From Marsupella aquatica (lineage: Eukaryota > Plantae > Marchantiophyta): DNA of 64,000 nt. The stretch is taken from assembly GCA_973895155.1 (NCBI GenBank), contig OZ316894.1, forward strand, positions 24,302,709 through 24,366,708, read 5' to 3'. Both the position numbers and the translations under genes were made by a program. The notes below the pieces were generated by a model. The model had not been told where the DNA came from. It made no database searches and was given only the letters and a program-made list of their open reading frames with translations. Position 1 is the first letter of the stretch. The number at the start of each line of letters is the position of its first letter. Positions 62,822 to 64,000 of the stretch are shown here, piece by piece.

Positions 62822-63019
62822 CTCCGGCATGTCGAAGAGGAAGTCCAGATTTTGTAGCACAAGCAAATCTGAATCGATGTAGATGACTTTATCATACTGG
62901 GTAAGCTGCCATAAGCAGAACATCACATTCCATTGAAGGAGGAATGTTGTTATGTGATTGCATCTTAGAGGATTCAAAGGGGATTTCACAACTGCGTGCC
63001 ATATGCTTACACTCTTCAT
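62771..63019 (-). pseudogene. Glycosyltransferase family 8 (glycogenin/PGSIP-like) fragment
   Basis: LWQLTQYDKVIYIDSDLLVLQNLDFLFDMPEL is the GT8 DxD region; it is truncated by the adjacent duplication. Confidence 0.7.
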
Positions 63020-64000
63020 TTGTAGCTAATGAACCAATCCTTTGTGAAACAAAGCATTGGCACCCACGTTCATACAATACCAATTCTCACACAGCATCTG
63101 CCAAACCGAGATAATTGACACGAGATCAACTCAGAAATATGTTCCAGCTCACTTCATGGAAGCCACGAGTTACTGCACAATGTAGAACTAACCTAGTTAC
63201 AGACTAGTATGTGCTTCAATAATCCCGAATAACTGGTGCTTCAATGTTCATTAGGGCAGGAAAGGCTCACTCGCACCATCCTGACCACCTGAGACGGCAG
63301 GCCATGCCTGTGTGTTTTGGGGGGGGGGGAGGGTGGGTTTGGAAAGGGACGCTGCGACGAGGGAATGGACTCGAGAAGAGCAACTCGATCAGGCCAGCGA
63401 TAGTCCTAGGGAACTCTCGTCCCCAGGGAGGAAATCTCCCTACAAGGTAGAGCCAAAGGAATCCAAGCCCGCACCGATCCCTCTGTGGACGGCTGGCGGG
63501 CAGTTGACAGAAGGGAGAAATTTCGATCCTATCTGCAACATAGACTTTCCTGGAATTCAGTGATGGAAGGGACTTACCTGGTCTAGATGAGAGATCCAAC
63601 TGAACTCGCTACGGACGTTGCCAGATGAGAGGTACTCAAACCTACAGCGAGAACACTAATCGCGGGCTGCCCCACTAGAAGACACTAGGGTGATGTAGAG
63701 GAGAACAAAAGAGATGGCGGAGACCATAATAGACGCAGACAGAAAGAGAGGACCATACACGTTCCAATGAAGACAACCTGGCAACAGAAGGAGAAACAAC
63801 TAAACTGACAGCGACAGAAGAGATAAATTAGTCTTCAACGTATTCGTTGCACACAAAGGTCCAGCCACCCACCGCATTAGAGTGGAATAGAACGGCTCCA
63901 AGAGAAGAATTTGGCTTCATTAGAGAGGCAAAGAGAGGCCTTTCTCACGCTTGCCAAGCTAGATGAGTCCTTTAATATTCATCCCGAAATGTTCATAATA

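Overview
Eukaryotic nuclear DNA with GT-AG introns, most likely from a liverwort: a 13-exon cytochrome b5-fused Delta5 desaturase closely resembles the Marchantia enzyme, and a basal-body gene (CCDC61/VFL3) is present. Other host genes are a Kelch-repeat protein, a second intronless front-end desaturase, a membrane-anchored low-complexity protein with CCDC61 nested antisense in one of its introns, and a secreted S-protein homologue. There are also decayed RPA1-like, zinc-finger and GT8 fragments and several small repeats. The most notable feature is a ~10.5 kb decayed DNA transposon (2184-12692) bounded by a perfect 16-bp terminal inverted repeat. It carries two convergent intron-containing genes: a Sola/DUF7869-like DDD transposase on the minus strand and a ParB-like domain fused to a beta-class amino (N6-A/N4-C) DNA methyltransferase on the plus strand. 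The element holds roughly 25-28 copies of one palindrome, GATAC-NN-GTATC, in introns, UTRs, subtermini and a 59-bp tandem array. This suggests a self-recognising, possibly self-methylating transposon system. All family assignments come from motif recognition by eye, not database searches.
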